64,000 bases of DNA from Vampirovibrionales bacterium (GCA_044348005.1 JBIKTR010000005.1:11991-75990); one strand, 5' to 3'; counted from the stretch's first letter, positions 8,492-18,885 are shown. Numbers and translations are program-made. Notes: generated by a model not told the origin, from the sequence alone.

Positions 8492-10102
8492 ATGCCACAA
8501 GCCCCCCTTAATGAGGAACCTGCATCCATGCCTTTTTGGAAAACCAATTGGAAAATTACAAAAATTACGTTTGCGGTATGTACTCTATTATTGAAGGGTT
8601 TTACAACTCTATTTATTTATTCATTCCTATGGAAATTTAAACCAAAACCTCATTATAAAACCTTTTGGGGAAGTGTTGGAAGTTTTGTGCTTACAGCACT
8701 TTTAGTGCTTGTCGTTTTACTTGTTTCTTCTTGGGTTGTAACCTCTGATTTCATAAGCTCTTTAAACTTTTTACACTTGACTACTTCAAATGATGTGAAT
8801 GTCTTTTTAACACTTTTGGTATACGCCTTGACTCTTGCTGTTTTAATACAAACCCTTGACTCTCAACGAGCCTCTGCAGAACGGACGGCTCGTATGGAAA
8901 TGGCGAAGGTATTGACGGAGGCCTTTAGTCATAGTGAAATGTTTGAAGCTATTGAGTATTTCTTGCAGGTGTCACCTTATCTAGTTGATAAAAATGGAAA
9001 AGGTCGTCAAGTTTATATTGAAGAAATCAACGAAAAACCCGAAACTAAAAAATACCGTTACCGAATACTGACCACCTTACACCATGCCGAACGGCTTTAT
9101 AAAACTGAAAAAGCAGATACAGCCTTATTTACGAGTTTAATAACGCCTGACATTGTAGAAGTGGCTTTATGCTTGTACCAACTGGACGACTATATGAAAG
9201 ACGTCGATAAACCTGTTTATGAAATGGTGTATAGGGTGTTTGAAGACATTCGCACCTCTTATCTCGCACCTTATGCGAAAGCCGTTCAAAATAAAAAAGA
9301 AATCAATTCCAAGAAATTACAACACATTCGTCGTATTTTATGTAGTCTTCAAAAGTGGGACAAAGAATGGGGTGATGAAGGCGATATTATCTTAACAGAT
9401 GTTGATTTAATTATGGTTTATTTAATTGATGAAAAGTACAGCTTGGTTGCTTATAAAAATATTTCAAACGAACTCAATCTTCTTGATAAACGATTTGAAG
9501 CCTTAGCTAAGGATTCTAAAAGTACAAAGCCTTTTAAGCGATTTGCGGATCTTTATTTTTTGCGTGCAGATGGGAAATGTGAGCAAAAAGATTATAAAGG
9601 TGCCATTCAGGATTACACTAAATCCATTGAACTAAATCCTAAGAATATCTATACATATAGTAATCGAGGAATTAATCAAGTTAGATTAGGAAACTACCTC
9701 GAAGCTATAAAAGATTTTGATAAAGCGATTATATTAGACCCTAAATTCATTGGAGGGTATTGTAACCGAGGGATTGCCAAATACAACTTAGCACAATATG
9801 AAGAAGCGATAGACGATTATAACCAAGCTATTGAACTCAACCCTGAAGATGACGATGCCTACTACTTGCGAGGGCTTGCCAAAGACGACTTAGAAAAATA
9901 TGAAGAAGCTGTTGTTGATTACACCAAAGCCATTGATCTTGACCCTCAACATGCCGATGCGTACAACAATCGAGCGTTGACTTATCAGCAAATGGCTCAA
10001 CAGGCGAGAGCTAAGGGTAATCACACTGAAGGGAAAGATCTTGAATCTAAAGCCCAAGCCGATTTTGCTCAAGCAAAACGACTTGAATCTGAAAAACAAT
10101 AG
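8492..10102 (+). CDS. TPR-repeat protein with N-terminal transmembrane segments
   Basis: Multiple 34-aa TPR-like units (…AIQDYTKSIELNPKN…, …AIDDYNQAIELNPED…). The gene is AT-rich, and the true start may be at 8528. Confidence 0.6.
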   Translation: MPQAPLNEEPASMPFWKTNWKITKITFAVCTLLLKGFTTLFIYSFLWKFKPKPHYKTFWGSVGSFVLTALLVLVVLLVSSWVVTSDFISSLNFLHLTTSNDVNVFLTLLVYALTLAVLIQTLDSQRASAERTARMEMAKVLTEAFSHSEMFEAIEYFLQVSPYLVDKNGKGRQVYIEEINEKPETKKYRYRILTTLHHAERLYKTEKADTALFTSLITPDIVEVALCLYQLDDYMKDVDKPVYEMVYRVFEDIRTSYLAPYAKAVQNKKEINSKKLQHIRRILCSLQKWDKEWGDEGDIILTDVDLIMVYLIDEKYSLVAYKNISNELNLLDKRFEALAKDSKSTKPFKRFADLYFLRADGKCEQKDYKGAIQDYTKSIELNPKNIYTYSNRGINQVRLGNYLEAIKDFDKAIILDPKFIGGYCNRGIAKYNLAQYEEAIDDYNQAIELNPEDDDAYYLRGLAKDDLEKYEEAVVDYTKAIDLDPQHADAYNNRALTYQQMAQQARAKGNHTEGKDLESKAQADFAQAKRLESEKQ

Positions 10103-10114
10103 AAAACAACATCC

Positions 10115-11056
10115 ATGCCAAACGACCTGCTACGACTTAAAACCGCCCCGAGCTTCCTCCACTGGTGGCAGGGCCTTTACGCCCCCCTAGAGGCATCCGC
10201 TGAACAAGGCGTGGAAGAACTCAAGCGGTGGATCGCTTTTTTAAAGCTCCCCACTTACGAAACCCTCGCCTATGTGATGACCCCAAACGACGCCTACGAT
10301 GCCCTTCTCCCTGCGTGGGACGCTTGGCACCCCCTGCTTGAAAAACGCCTCAACGCTCGTGTGCCGATTCAATATCTGCTCGAAGAAGCCCCCTTCTTGG
10401 GCATGACACTCGTGGTGCGTCCGCCGTGCTTGATTCCACGCCCCGAAACCGAATTGCTCGTGGAAGCCGTGGTGCAACGGCTTCAACAGAACACGCAAGC
10501 GTCCACAATTTGGGAAGTGGGCATCGGCACGGGGTGCATCAGCGTGGGGATCCACCACCTGCTGAAAGGGCATCCGCACAACAAGAGCCTTCACTATTAT
10601 GGAGGGGATGTATGCGTCCATGCGTTGAAGCTGGCTCAAGAAAACGCCAACACGCAAGGGCTTGCGATCACCCTGTTTAAAAGTGACTTACTCGCGGGAT
10701 TCCCCCTTCATTTGGCACCGCCTGATTGCCTCGTGGCGAACTTGCCGTATATTGATAGGGGCTTGTATTCAAGCATGGCGGTTGAAGTGCGAGACCATGA
10801 GGGGCATCACACGCTATTTGCCGAAGACGAGGGCTTTGCACTCATCTTTCGCTTGATCGACGCCGTTCACGCGCGTTTTGGCGAAGACTGGCAAGGGTTT
10901 TTGGCGCTTGAGTTTGGCGAACACATGCACGAACGCCTCAAAACCAAGCTGGACGCTCACGGTTTTACGCATCAGGTGTGGGTGAGCGATTATACAGGCA
11001 TCGTGCGTCATGTGCTAGCCTCACGTTTTCCTTTTTGTGGTATCTTAAAAGAGTAA
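10115..11056 (+). CDS. prmC: Release-factor glutamine N5-methyltransferase (HemK/PrmC family)
   Basis: SAM-binding VGIGTGCISV motif and the catalytic NLPY (NPPY-type) motif. It lies immediately upstream of pheS. Confidence 0.7.
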   Translation: MPNDLLRLKTAPSFLHWWQGLYAPLEASAEQGVEELKRWIAFLKLPTYETLAYVMTPNDAYDALLPAWDAWHPLLEKRLNARVPIQYLLEEAPFLGMTLVVRPPCLIPRPETELLVEAVVQRLQQNTQASTIWEVGIGTGCISVGIHHLLKGHPHNKSLHYYGGDVCVHALKLAQENANTQGLAITLFKSDLLAGFPLHLAPPDCLVANLPYIDRGLYSSMAVEVRDHEGHHTLFAEDEGFALIFRLIDAVHARFGEDWQGFLALEFGEHMHERLKTKLDAHGFTHQVWVSDYTGIVRHVLASRFPFCGILKE

Positions 11057-11082
11057 GATAGCCCCACAAAGAGGATTTTTCC

Positions 11083-12153
11083 ATGAATGCCACCACGTCT
11101 TTAAGTCCTGAACACCTCAACACCCTTGAAGTTCAAGCCATTGCTCAACTCAACGCTTGTGCGAATCTCACTGAACTTGAACACGCGAAGGTCGAACTCT
11201 TGGGCCGCAGCGGAAGCCTGACCCTGTTGAAACGAGGCTTGAAAGACGTGCCTGCCGAAGATCGCCCGCAGGTAGGGGCCCTGCTGAATGCCCTGTCTCA
11301 AGCCGTGGAAGTCGTGCATGACGAGATTAAAGCACGCTTGGACGCCGACGCCTTAGCGCTTCAATTACACGCCGAAACGCTGGATGTCACCATGCCGGGG
11401 CGCCATGTGCCAGTAGGCAAGGTGCATCCACTGAGCCAGATTACGGAAGACGTCTGCCGGTTGTTTGAAGGCATGGGCTTTAGCGTGTTAGACGACAACG
11501 CCTGCCCCGAAGTGGAAACCGAGTTCTTCAACTTTGAAGCCCTCAACTTCCCAGCCGATCACCCGGCTCGAGACATGCAAGACACCTACTATACGGAAGT
11601 CGCCAGCCACGTGTTGTTGCGTTCGCAAACCAGCAATGCGCAGATTCGCCATATGAGCCAGCACAAACCGCCGATTCGTGTGATTGCTCCAGGGCGGGTG
11701 TATCGCAACGAAGAAGTGAGCAGTCGCAAGTATGTGTTGTTTCATCAGATTGAAGGGCTTTATGTGGACAAACACGTCACCTTTGCCGATTTAAAAGGCA
11801 CGCTCAATGCGTTTATCACCGAATTGTTTGGTGGTAATGAACGCCCCACGCGTTTTCGCCCCAGCTATTTCCCTTTCACCGAACCGAGTGCGGAAGTCGA
11901 TGTGCAATGCCTTTTCTGCCAAGGCGAAGGGTGCAAGGTCTGCGGTCATAGCGGATGGCTTGAGATCTTGGGGGCTGGCATGGTTCACCCCAACGTGCTA
12001 GAAAACTGCGGGATCGATTCGACGGTGTATCAAGGTTTTGCTTTCGGCATGGGCGTCGAACGATTGGCAATGTTGCGCGATGCCATTGACGACATCCGCA
12101 TTTTTTACACCAACGATCAACGTTTCCTCAAGCAATTCAAACCCAAGTACTAA
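11083..12153 (+). CDS. pheS: Phenylalanine--tRNA ligase alpha subunit
   Basis: Class II aaRS motifs, a FPFTEPS-type motif, and a typical pheS C-terminal core. Note that pheT does not follow. Confidence 0.9.
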   Translation: MNATTSLSPEHLNTLEVQAIAQLNACANLTELEHAKVELLGRSGSLTLLKRGLKDVPAEDRPQVGALLNALSQAVEVVHDEIKARLDADALALQLHAETLDVTMPGRHVPVGKVHPLSQITEDVCRLFEGMGFSVLDDNACPEVETEFFNFEALNFPADHPARDMQDTYYTEVASHVLLRSQTSNAQIRHMSQHKPPIRVIAPGRVYRNEEVSSRKYVLFHQIEGLYVDKHVTFADLKGTLNAFITELFGGNERPTRFRPSYFPFTEPSAEVDVQCLFCQGEGCKVCGHSGWLEILGAGMVHPNVLENCGIDSTVYQGFAFGMGVERLAMLRDAIDDIRIFYTNDQRFLKQFKPKY

Positions 12154-12176
12154 CAGACTGAAGGATTTAAATTTGT

Positions 12177-13742
12177 ATGCAGCTAAGCCTTTTAGAAAAG
12201 TCCACCTTTTCTGCTCAAACCATTTCTGAAGAGTTGGGTGTATGCCTTTCGACGGTGTCAAATTGGTTGAAATCAGGTATGCTTAAGGGAAGTTTAAAGG
12301 CTATCTCTAAAGACTCTTACCTCTACTTCAAAAAAAACTATTTAGGCACTCAAAAACTTAATAAACGTGCTAATAAATTACACATAACTCCTTCATTACT
12401 GGAGGCAAGTTTGCTTACTTTTGAAAATTACGAGCAAAGTCTTCCTGCTTCTTTTCGTAATTTTGAAGGTATTTTTTATACCCCCGCTCATATCATAGAA
12501 AATTTATGTGACCAAATTGAAACATCATTTCCAACATGGAGCGACTTAATTGTTTGTGACCCTTGTTGTGGGACTGGAAATTTCCTAGCAGAAGCCTACA
12601 AGCGCGGGGTTCCGCTTAATCAACTTTATGGATATGATACCGATGAAAAAGCCATTGAGCTAGCAAAAAATCGTTTTTTTGATTTGACAGGGCAATACCC
12701 TCAGCATTTAACTTGTTTGGATTTTATAGAAAATCCACCTTCATATATTCAATTTGATTTAATCATGACGAATCCTCCATGGGGTAAAAAAGCTTACAAA
12801 AATAAAACAACCCAGAACTCTTTGGAACTTGTTTTGTACAATGCATTTCGTTGTATCAAGGAAGAAGGAAAGCTTGCCTTTGTATTACCTGATTCTTTCG
12901 CCACAACTCAAGCTTTTGAAGATCTAAGAATATGGCTTCTAAAACAAAATATATCCTATTTGGCTGATTATGGGAAAGCGTTTTCTGAGATCCAAAATAA
13001 AGCCTATGGGATTATTTTCTCGCCTCAAAACAAACAGGCTGTTTCAAATGATTTTATAACGCTTTCTAATGAAAAAGGACGGCAGGCTTTAGTTAAAACA
13101 GATTTTCAAAATATGCCTAAGCATATTTTTAATTTTTCTGCGACATCGCAGATGTATACGCTTTATAAACATTTACTTAACCATCCTCACACAACTCTAG
13201 TGCAAAAGGCTGATTGGGCTTTAGGCATTGTAACAGGTCATAATGATCGTTATATTAAAAATACACAAGAAGAAGGATATGTTCCTATTGTGAGGGGAAA
13301 AGATCTCAAAAAAGAAGGGTGCCTCGTAAAATGTATGCCAACTGCCTATTTACTAAATGACTTATCTTCCATGCAGCAAGTGGCAAGTCTTAATTTTTAT
13401 CAATCTCCTAAAAAAATAGTGTACAAATTCATTACCAAGAAGCTTTGTTTTTATGTCGATACGTCTAAAAGTTATGTCCTTAATAGTGCTAATATCCTCA
13501 TTCCTGATTGTGAAGTATTAGGAATCAATATGGAACAGTTGGTTTTTTTGTTTAATACGAGCTTATATACATGGTTGCATCAATTTATGTTTGACACTCA
13601 TAAAATTTTAAGATCAGATTTAGAGCAGTTGCCTATTTATAAAGATTATTTTGATACTCATCTTTATTATGATGAAGCTTCACTATACCAATTTCTGAAC
13701 ATAAAGGAAAATCATGATGGAACTTTTAGCATTAAAAAATGA
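12177..13742 (+). CDS. N6-adenine DNA methyltransferase (gamma class) with N-terminal HTH, restriction-modification associated
   Basis: Motif I DPCCGTGNFL, motif IV NPPW (MTNPPWGKK), and an N-terminal HTH (TISEELGVCLSTVSNWLKSG). The gene is strongly AT-rich relative to its flanks. Confidence 0.7.
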   Translation: MQLSLLEKSTFSAQTISEELGVCLSTVSNWLKSGMLKGSLKAISKDSYLYFKKNYLGTQKLNKRANKLHITPSLLEASLLTFENYEQSLPASFRNFEGIFYTPAHIIENLCDQIETSFPTWSDLIVCDPCCGTGNFLAEAYKRGVPLNQLYGYDTDEKAIELAKNRFFDLTGQYPQHLTCLDFIENPPSYIQFDLIMTNPPWGKKAYKNKTTQNSLELVLYNAFRCIKEEGKLAFVLPDSFATTQAFEDLRIWLLKQNISYLADYGKAFSEIQNKAYGIIFSPQNKQAVSNDFITLSNEKGRQALVKTDFQNMPKHIFNFSATSQMYTLYKHLLNHPHTTLVQKADWALGIVTGHNDRYIKNTQEEGYVPIVRGKDLKKEGCLVKCMPTAYLLNDLSSMQQVASLNFYQSPKKIVYKFITKKLCFYVDTSKSYVLNSANILIPDCEVLGINMEQLVFLFNTSLYTWLHQFMFDTHKILRSDLEQLPIYKDYFDTHLYYDEASLYQFLNIKENHDGTFSIKK

Positions 13743-14313
13743 GATAAAAGATTGTTTCAAAGGAACAGCGGAAGAATGGCTACAATTAGAAGAATTACTT
13801 GAGGAAGATTCGAGCGTTTACCCCTTCAATAGTTTTGAATATCTTTTTCAACTTTGTACCTCTCAAAAGAAAATGACCTTTGAAGAATACCTAGAAATTC
13901 GTACTAGTTATATTCAACAGAATCCGAACTTGTGGATTTTTGAGATTGCTTCCCCTACTAAGTTTGGTATCAATTTTGCCCAAACCTACATTAAGGGAAT
14001 GGCTCCTTTTTTAGAAAAGCCATCTAAAAAAATAGACCCAACTTATAATAACGAGTATGATTTTTGGTATAAAGGTCTGCGTATTGAAGTAAAGGCGTCT
14101 CGTGTGGTACATAAAACTCTGGAAACGCCTCTTTATATCAAGGCTCTTGCCTCAAATACGCAAGAACCTTTTTTAATGAATTTTCCACAACTAAAGCCTG
14201 CTTGTTGTGATCTCTTTATTTGGGTTGCTGTTTTTAGAGACACTATTAAAGCATGGATAATGCCATCTTCTGTTGTACAAGATCATGCTTTATATGCAAA
14301 AGGGCAACATTGA
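13714..14313 (+). CDS. Putative small type II restriction endonuclease (PD-(D/E)xK-like) partner of the methyltransferase
   Basis: Overlaps the MTase stop, so it is operonic. The D…EVK pattern (EYDFWYKGLRIEVK) is consistent with a PD-(D/E)xK core. AT-rich. Confidence 0.35.
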   Translation: MMELLALKNEIKDCFKGTAEEWLQLEELLEEDSSVYPFNSFEYLFQLCTSQKKMTFEEYLEIRTSYIQQNPNLWIFEIASPTKFGINFAQTYIKGMAPFLEKPSKKIDPTYNNEYDFWYKGLRIEVKASRVVHKTLETPLYIKALASNTQEPFLMNFPQLKPACCDLFIWVAVFRDTIKAWIMPSSVVQDHALYAKGQH

Positions 14314-14490
14314 AATAATCATGGCAATGAAGGTCAATTACATATTAAGGAAAATAATATCCACTTATTTGATGCGTATCTGTGTGATGCGTCTAATATA
14401 CTTGAAAAGATAGAAAAACATCTTATCTAACACTTATTTAAAGCTACTATTTGATAATAAATACTCGATAACATTAAGAAAGAAATCCCC

Positions 14491-15426
14491 TTGCCCAAGT
14501 TGAACATAAAACGCCTGCCGTCTAAAACGCAAGTCGCCTTAACCATTGCCAAAGTGGTGGAAGGGCATTTCTTTTCGCATCACATGCAAGGCGACTTACA
14601 CGTAAGAGTCGAACGTGTTGAGGTGGCAATGAAATCACTCAACGCCCCTGTGCGCTTGCTTCATTTCTCTGACATCCACTTAGACTGGAACACCCAAGCG
14701 TGGCTCAAGGCGTTGTTGCCTCATATTCACCGCTTGTGCGAAGACTTTAGCATCGATGCCCTAATTTTTACGGGAGATGCCATTGCTTATGGTCAAGCGT
14801 ATTTACCCGCCTTAAGCGACTGGGTGAATGCCTTGCCTGATTTGCCGTGCTATGGGGTGATGGGCAATCACGATTATTATGAAGCCAGTGGGGGCAAAGC
14901 CGTCAAAGCAGCCTTAGAAGCGGGAAGAATGAGGGTTTTGGTGAATGAGTCTTGCCAGCACGCGTTTTCAGGCGATCGGGGGAGCGTGTATTTTCATGGG
15001 GTCGACGATTTCGTCAAAGGACGCCCTGATGTAGCTTCACTGCTTCACACCGCACAAGAACATCCTACCCTAACGCATGTGTTGCTGACGCACAATCCCG
15101 CTCAAATGGCACAGCCTTTTGCGTGGCAGGCGTTTGATGTCGCCTTGGCCGGTCACACCCATGGCGGGCAGTTTCGATGCCCCAATTGGTTTGCTCGCTT
15201 AGTCACCGAATCACCCTATATTCGCAACTGGTACAGCCTTGGGCAAGCCCCTTCAACCCTAGAAGCCTGCCAGCTTTTCGTGCATCACGCCACGGGAACG
15301 GCCAGTATTCCTTGCCCCATTCGACTGCCCTTTATGCCCCGCCGACTGCCGATTTCGGTGCCTCGTTGGGGGTTGATGAGTGAGGTCGTGATTCAAGAAC
15401 TTGTGCCAGTTGTTCCTTCGGCTTAG
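14491..15426 (+). CDS. Calcineurin-like metallophosphoesterase
   Basis: Carries the LHFSDIHLD, TGD and GNHDYY motifs. Confidence 0.65.
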   Translation: MPKLNIKRLPSKTQVALTIAKVVEGHFFSHHMQGDLHVRVERVEVAMKSLNAPVRLLHFSDIHLDWNTQAWLKALLPHIHRLCEDFSIDALIFTGDAIAYGQAYLPALSDWVNALPDLPCYGVMGNHDYYEASGGKAVKAALEAGRMRVLVNESCQHAFSGDRGSVYFHGVDDFVKGRPDVASLLHTAQEHPTLTHVLLTHNPAQMAQPFAWQAFDVALAGHTHGGQFRCPNWFARLVTESPYIRNWYSLGQAPSTLEACQLFVHHATGTASIPCPIRLPFMPRRLPISVPRWGLMSEVVIQELVPVVPSA

Positions 15427-16232
15427 GTGGCACTTTCTTTGCTCGCGTCAGCACTGGTTTCTTCCGCTTCTGTTTGTGCTTTAAGTTCTTCAACAGCTTG
15501 ATCAAAGCTCTGTTCATTCGGTTCCATGAGGTAAAACTTCAAGCGAGTCACCAACAACAACGGACGGTTCAAATGACGAGCAGGATCCGACTTCTTGCCA
15601 GAATCTTGACTCGAAAAATTCGTCATCAAACGTTCGCCTAGGCCTTCATAACTGAGGTACATGCTTTCCACCTGTACCAATTCCTTTTTAAAGGTGGCTA
15701 ACGTTTCCATGAACCGTTTTATTTCGGCGAAGTTGCCTCGTATTTTTAGTTCCATTTTGGTGGAATACAAGGGCAAGTCCTGTTCTTTAATGGCTTGAAA
15801 GCGTTCTAATTCTTCAGGAATTTCGCTAGACTTTTCACCGTCTTCTTTTAGTTTTTCTGCTTTTGTGGCGCTGTCTTGAAGCGCACCGCCATAGGGTTGA
15901 ATGGTGATTAATTGATTGCCTGTTTGCGTGGTTAGGGTAGAAAGCACCCGCATGAAGCCTTTCATGCGAGATTCTAAATCCTTATTTTCAAAGGTAAACG
16001 AAAGAGCTGTCTTATTTTCTTCATACTGGGTTTTGGCTTGTCCCACTTGTTGATTCAATAGCATTTGCTCGGCTTCAAGGACTTTGACTTCCCCTGTCAC
16101 TTCTATAAAAGCAGAAGCACTTCTTTCTACCGCTTTAAATTGTGGTTTTAACACCAGCAAATAGCCCATGGCTAAAATACCGACTGAACACAGCAGACTT
16201 AATAAAATGGCTTCGCGTTGATTGAATTCCAT
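15423..16232 (-). CDS. PilO/GspM-like secretion or pilus assembly protein
   Basis: N-terminal TM segment followed by a coiled coil. It lies immediately downstream of the PilM/PilN-like gene. Confidence 0.4.
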   Translation of the reverse strand: MEFNQREAILLSLLCSVGILAMGYLLVLKPQFKAVERSASAFIEVTGEVKVLEAEQMLLNQQVGQAKTQYEENKTALSFTFENKDLESRMKGFMRVLSTLTTQTGNQLITIQPYGGALQDSATKAEKLKEDGEKSSEIPEELERFQAIKEQDLPLYSTKMELKIRGNFAEIKRFMETLATFKKELVQVESMYLSYEGLGERLMTNFSSQDSGKKSDPARHLNRPLLLVTRLKFYLMEPNEQSFDQAVEELKAQTEAEETSADASKESAT

Positions 16233-16278
16233 GGGGAGGGGGGCATCCTTTATTCAAGGGGAAGGGGCGGAACGAGTA

Positions 16279-17958
16279 TTAAGTCGAAGGTTGAGAAGAG
16301 GGGGTAACGGTTTCTTTTTCGGGGTCTACAGAATCCGACGCTGTTTCAAGCGTCGCGGCTATGCCTTCAGCAGGCGTTGCGTCTTCTTTTTTTGTTTTGG
16401 GCGTGGGGGCGTGCGTGGTGTTGAGCAAGCCGCCTAGTTTGAAGCTATACAGCAAGGGTTTTTCAGGGCTTACTTCTTCTTCACGAATGTAATGCAACAC
16501 AAAATCTCGGCCGTACTGGCGTTGTTCTAACTGATTTGTCAAGTCTAAAATATCTTCATGGCGCAGGGCTTTGCCTGTGATGGAAATATCCTTGTCATAC
16601 GCCACTTCACTAAACCATAAAGAAGAGGGGAGGTGTTGAATGTCATTTAACAAGCCGAGCAACACTTTATTCACACTTTTTGATTTACGAGCAATGGAAA
16701 GAATTTTAAGCGAAAGTTGATTGTAGCGATGGTAGTAATCGACTTGATCTTTTAAGCGGGCGATATTGGCGGTGAGTTGTATCTTATTTTGTTCAGTTTC
16801 AATTTTATTAAGTTGATTAGATTTATGAATCGTTAGAGTGGCAATCCACACAATGCCCACCAACACACAAGAACCAATCACAGAAGGTAAGACCAAAGAC
16901 ATTAAAAGATTATTTTTAAAATCCATATCTTGTAAGGAAGACGCACTAAGGCTTCCAAATGTGCCTAAAGAAAAAGCAGACTTGTTCTTGTTATAGGGGG
17001 AACGTTTGTCTAAAAAATTAAGGCTATAAGGTCGAGGTTCAGGTTCGAAAAAACAACCCCCTACCGTTACAATGCCAATATCCGCTCGATCTACTTGAAA
17101 TGAAGCAGGGACTTCAAAGCTTCTAAAATTTACGCCAATGGCGTGTTGTAAATGTTGCAATAACACATAGTTTAAACGATGCGTAAACCAAAACAACGGT
17201 TCAAAGGGTTTGTTGGCCGCCACTGTTCGGTGAAGTTCATTTACCAAATCTTCTAAAATCACGGGGTTTTCATTGGCATTAGAAAGCACTTGGCCTGAAA
17301 GGGTAATTTCACGAATGTCAATCAAATTAGTACCACGCCAAATTAAGAAACGCAGTCGATCAAACTCATGCATTAAGGAACCCCAGCAAAAATTCGGATC
17401 TTCGGCTTGTTCCGCAATGTTGGAAACAATGCCTGTGGCAATCATGCTACGAACCACTTGAAGGGGTTCCACTTCAATGGAAAGCAAGTGGATTTTAGCG
17501 TCAGCCGCGGCTTTTTGATACCGTAAGAAGGTGTCTTTACGAATGGCACTGTAAATCAATTTTTGGTGAGCCACATTAACGGCATCGTCTATTTCTTCAA
17601 ACGCCACGATGGCTTCGGTGTTGTCAAAGGCTCTAAAACGTTCGGATTCACTAGCCAAGTACATATAGTAATCAGCTCGTTCCATTTTAGGCAGTTCCAT
17701 TAAACGCAACAACGTACAGGGAATGCTTAAATGCACCTTGCGGGTGGGGGCGTCCAGATCCTTCATCATCACGCTCAGTAAATCGCTCAACTGGCTCACT
17801 TCAGCGATGACATCCCCACCGGAAACCAACACCCCCATGGGCATTTTATGCACGACCGATTTAATCACGGTTTGGCGGTTATGGCAATACACCGCCCCTT
17901 CAATTTCAGTGGCGGCAATACTAATGGAAATGCTGTACTTGTCTTTTTTCTTACTCAT
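16279..17958 (-). CDS. PilM-PilN fusion (GspL-like) assembly protein
   Basis: The N-terminal actin-like ATPase domain resembles PilM. A central TM segment is followed by a coiled coil (PilN-like). The start was trimmed to MSKKK (the ORF track extends to 18036 into the divergent promoter). Confidence 0.5.
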   Translation of the reverse strand: MSKKKDKYSISISIAATEIEGAVYCHNRQTVIKSVVHKMPMGVLVSGGDVIAEVSQLSDLLSVMMKDLDAPTRKVHLSIPCTLLRLMELPKMERADYYMYLASESERFRAFDNTEAIVAFEEIDDAVNVAHQKLIYSAIRKDTFLRYQKAAADAKIHLLSIEVEPLQVVRSMIATGIVSNIAEQAEDPNFCWGSLMHEFDRLRFLIWRGTNLIDIREITLSGQVLSNANENPVILEDLVNELHRTVAANKPFEPLFWFTHRLNYVLLQHLQHAIGVNFRSFEVPASFQVDRADIGIVTVGGCFFEPEPRPYSLNFLDKRSPYNKNKSAFSLGTFGSLSASSLQDMDFKNNLLMSLVLPSVIGSCVLVGIVWIATLTIHKSNQLNKIETEQNKIQLTANIARLKDQVDYYHRYNQLSLKILSIARKSKSVNKVLLGLLNDIQHLPSSLWFSEVAYDKDISITGKALRHEDILDLTNQLEQRQYGRDFVLHYIREEEVSPEKPLLYSFKLGGLLNTTHAPTPKTKKEDATPAEGIAATLETASDSVDPEKETVTPSSQPST

Positions 17959-18037
17959 CGAACGTCCATTTTCTCGCCTTTTCGTGTATACTAAACTGGT
18001 AAAAAGCTCACAAAAAGAGTAGAGGACGATCTTCACT

Positions 18038-18772
18038 ATGTCAAAAATGGAAGGGTTTCAAGAAAAAATGGCTTTTTTTGACACAAAAAACATCCATTGT
18101 CGGCAGGTTGAAGACAGATCCTACTTTCATTATACCAAAGCCGACTGGCGTCTATGGGCGAAGGCGTGGCGTAATTCATTCAAGAGTGGGACGTTTAAAG
18201 CCCCCACCCCCAAAAAACAGGCGGATGCTCAGATCGTGAGCCTGCTTGAAGTCTTCTTTAAAACACTTACCCAGCAATCGACTCAACTCAACATTGCCGT
18301 TTACCTGCCTACCCAAAGCGAAGTGGATTTAAACCCCTTATTTAAGGCGTGTTTAGAACGGGGGCATCGACTTTTGGCGCCGCGTGTGGTGGGGAAGGCA
18401 CAGTTGGTGTGGCACCGTGTTTCTCAGCTTCTTGAAGAAGCCCCTGAACAATATCAGCAAAACCGCTACGGCATTTGGGAACCCAAGGCGTCTTTAGCGG
18501 TTTTTGAAGACTTGCCTGATGTAGTGCTAGTGCCTTGTTTAATGGTGGATTTTAAAGGCTTTCGCTTGGGGTATGGAGGGGGCTTTTACGATGCCCAACT
18601 TAAGCAGTGGCAAGGCGATGCCACTGCTGTAGAAAAACCCGTTCCGTTGAGTGTGGGGGTGTTGTATCAAGAAACCGTCATTCGAGCCTTGCCTGTGGAC
18701 GGGTGGGATTTCCCCTTGGATGCTTACATCAGCGAAGCAGGTTTATTTCCTACTGTAGGGAAAACTCTTTAA
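18038..18772 (+). CDS. 5-formyltetrahydrofolate cyclo-ligase family protein
   Basis: GYGGGFYD signature near the C-terminus. Confidence 0.65.
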   Translation: MSKMEGFQEKMAFFDTKNIHCRQVEDRSYFHYTKADWRLWAKAWRNSFKSGTFKAPTPKKQADAQIVSLLEVFFKTLTQQSTQLNIAVYLPTQSEVDLNPLFKACLERGHRLLAPRVVGKAQLVWHRVSQLLEEAPEQYQQNRYGIWEPKASLAVFEDLPDVVLVPCLMVDFKGFRLGYGGGFYDAQLKQWQGDATAVEKPVPLSVGVLYQETVIRALPVDGWDFPLDAYISEAGLFPTVGKTL

Positions 18773-18870
18773 AGTACTATAGAGTTTGATTCTTGGCAAT
18801 TTAAGTCGCATTTTTAAACTTTCGGCGGATTAAACATTTACATTTCAAAGAAAATACCTTACAATGTGAT

Positions 18871-18885
18871 TGTGTGTGTGTGTGT
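18871..18885. repeat. (TG)7 dinucleotide microsatellite in the intergenic region upstream of CDS 19013
   Basis: Direct read of tgtgtgtgtgtgtg. Confidence 0.85.

Noticed and set aside
16279-18036. The N-terminal 26 codons (MKIVLYSFCELF…) of the 585-aa ORF
   Set aside because: That extension would overlap the divergent promoter of 18038..18772. The start was trimmed to the internal MSKKK; the PilM-like domain begins there.
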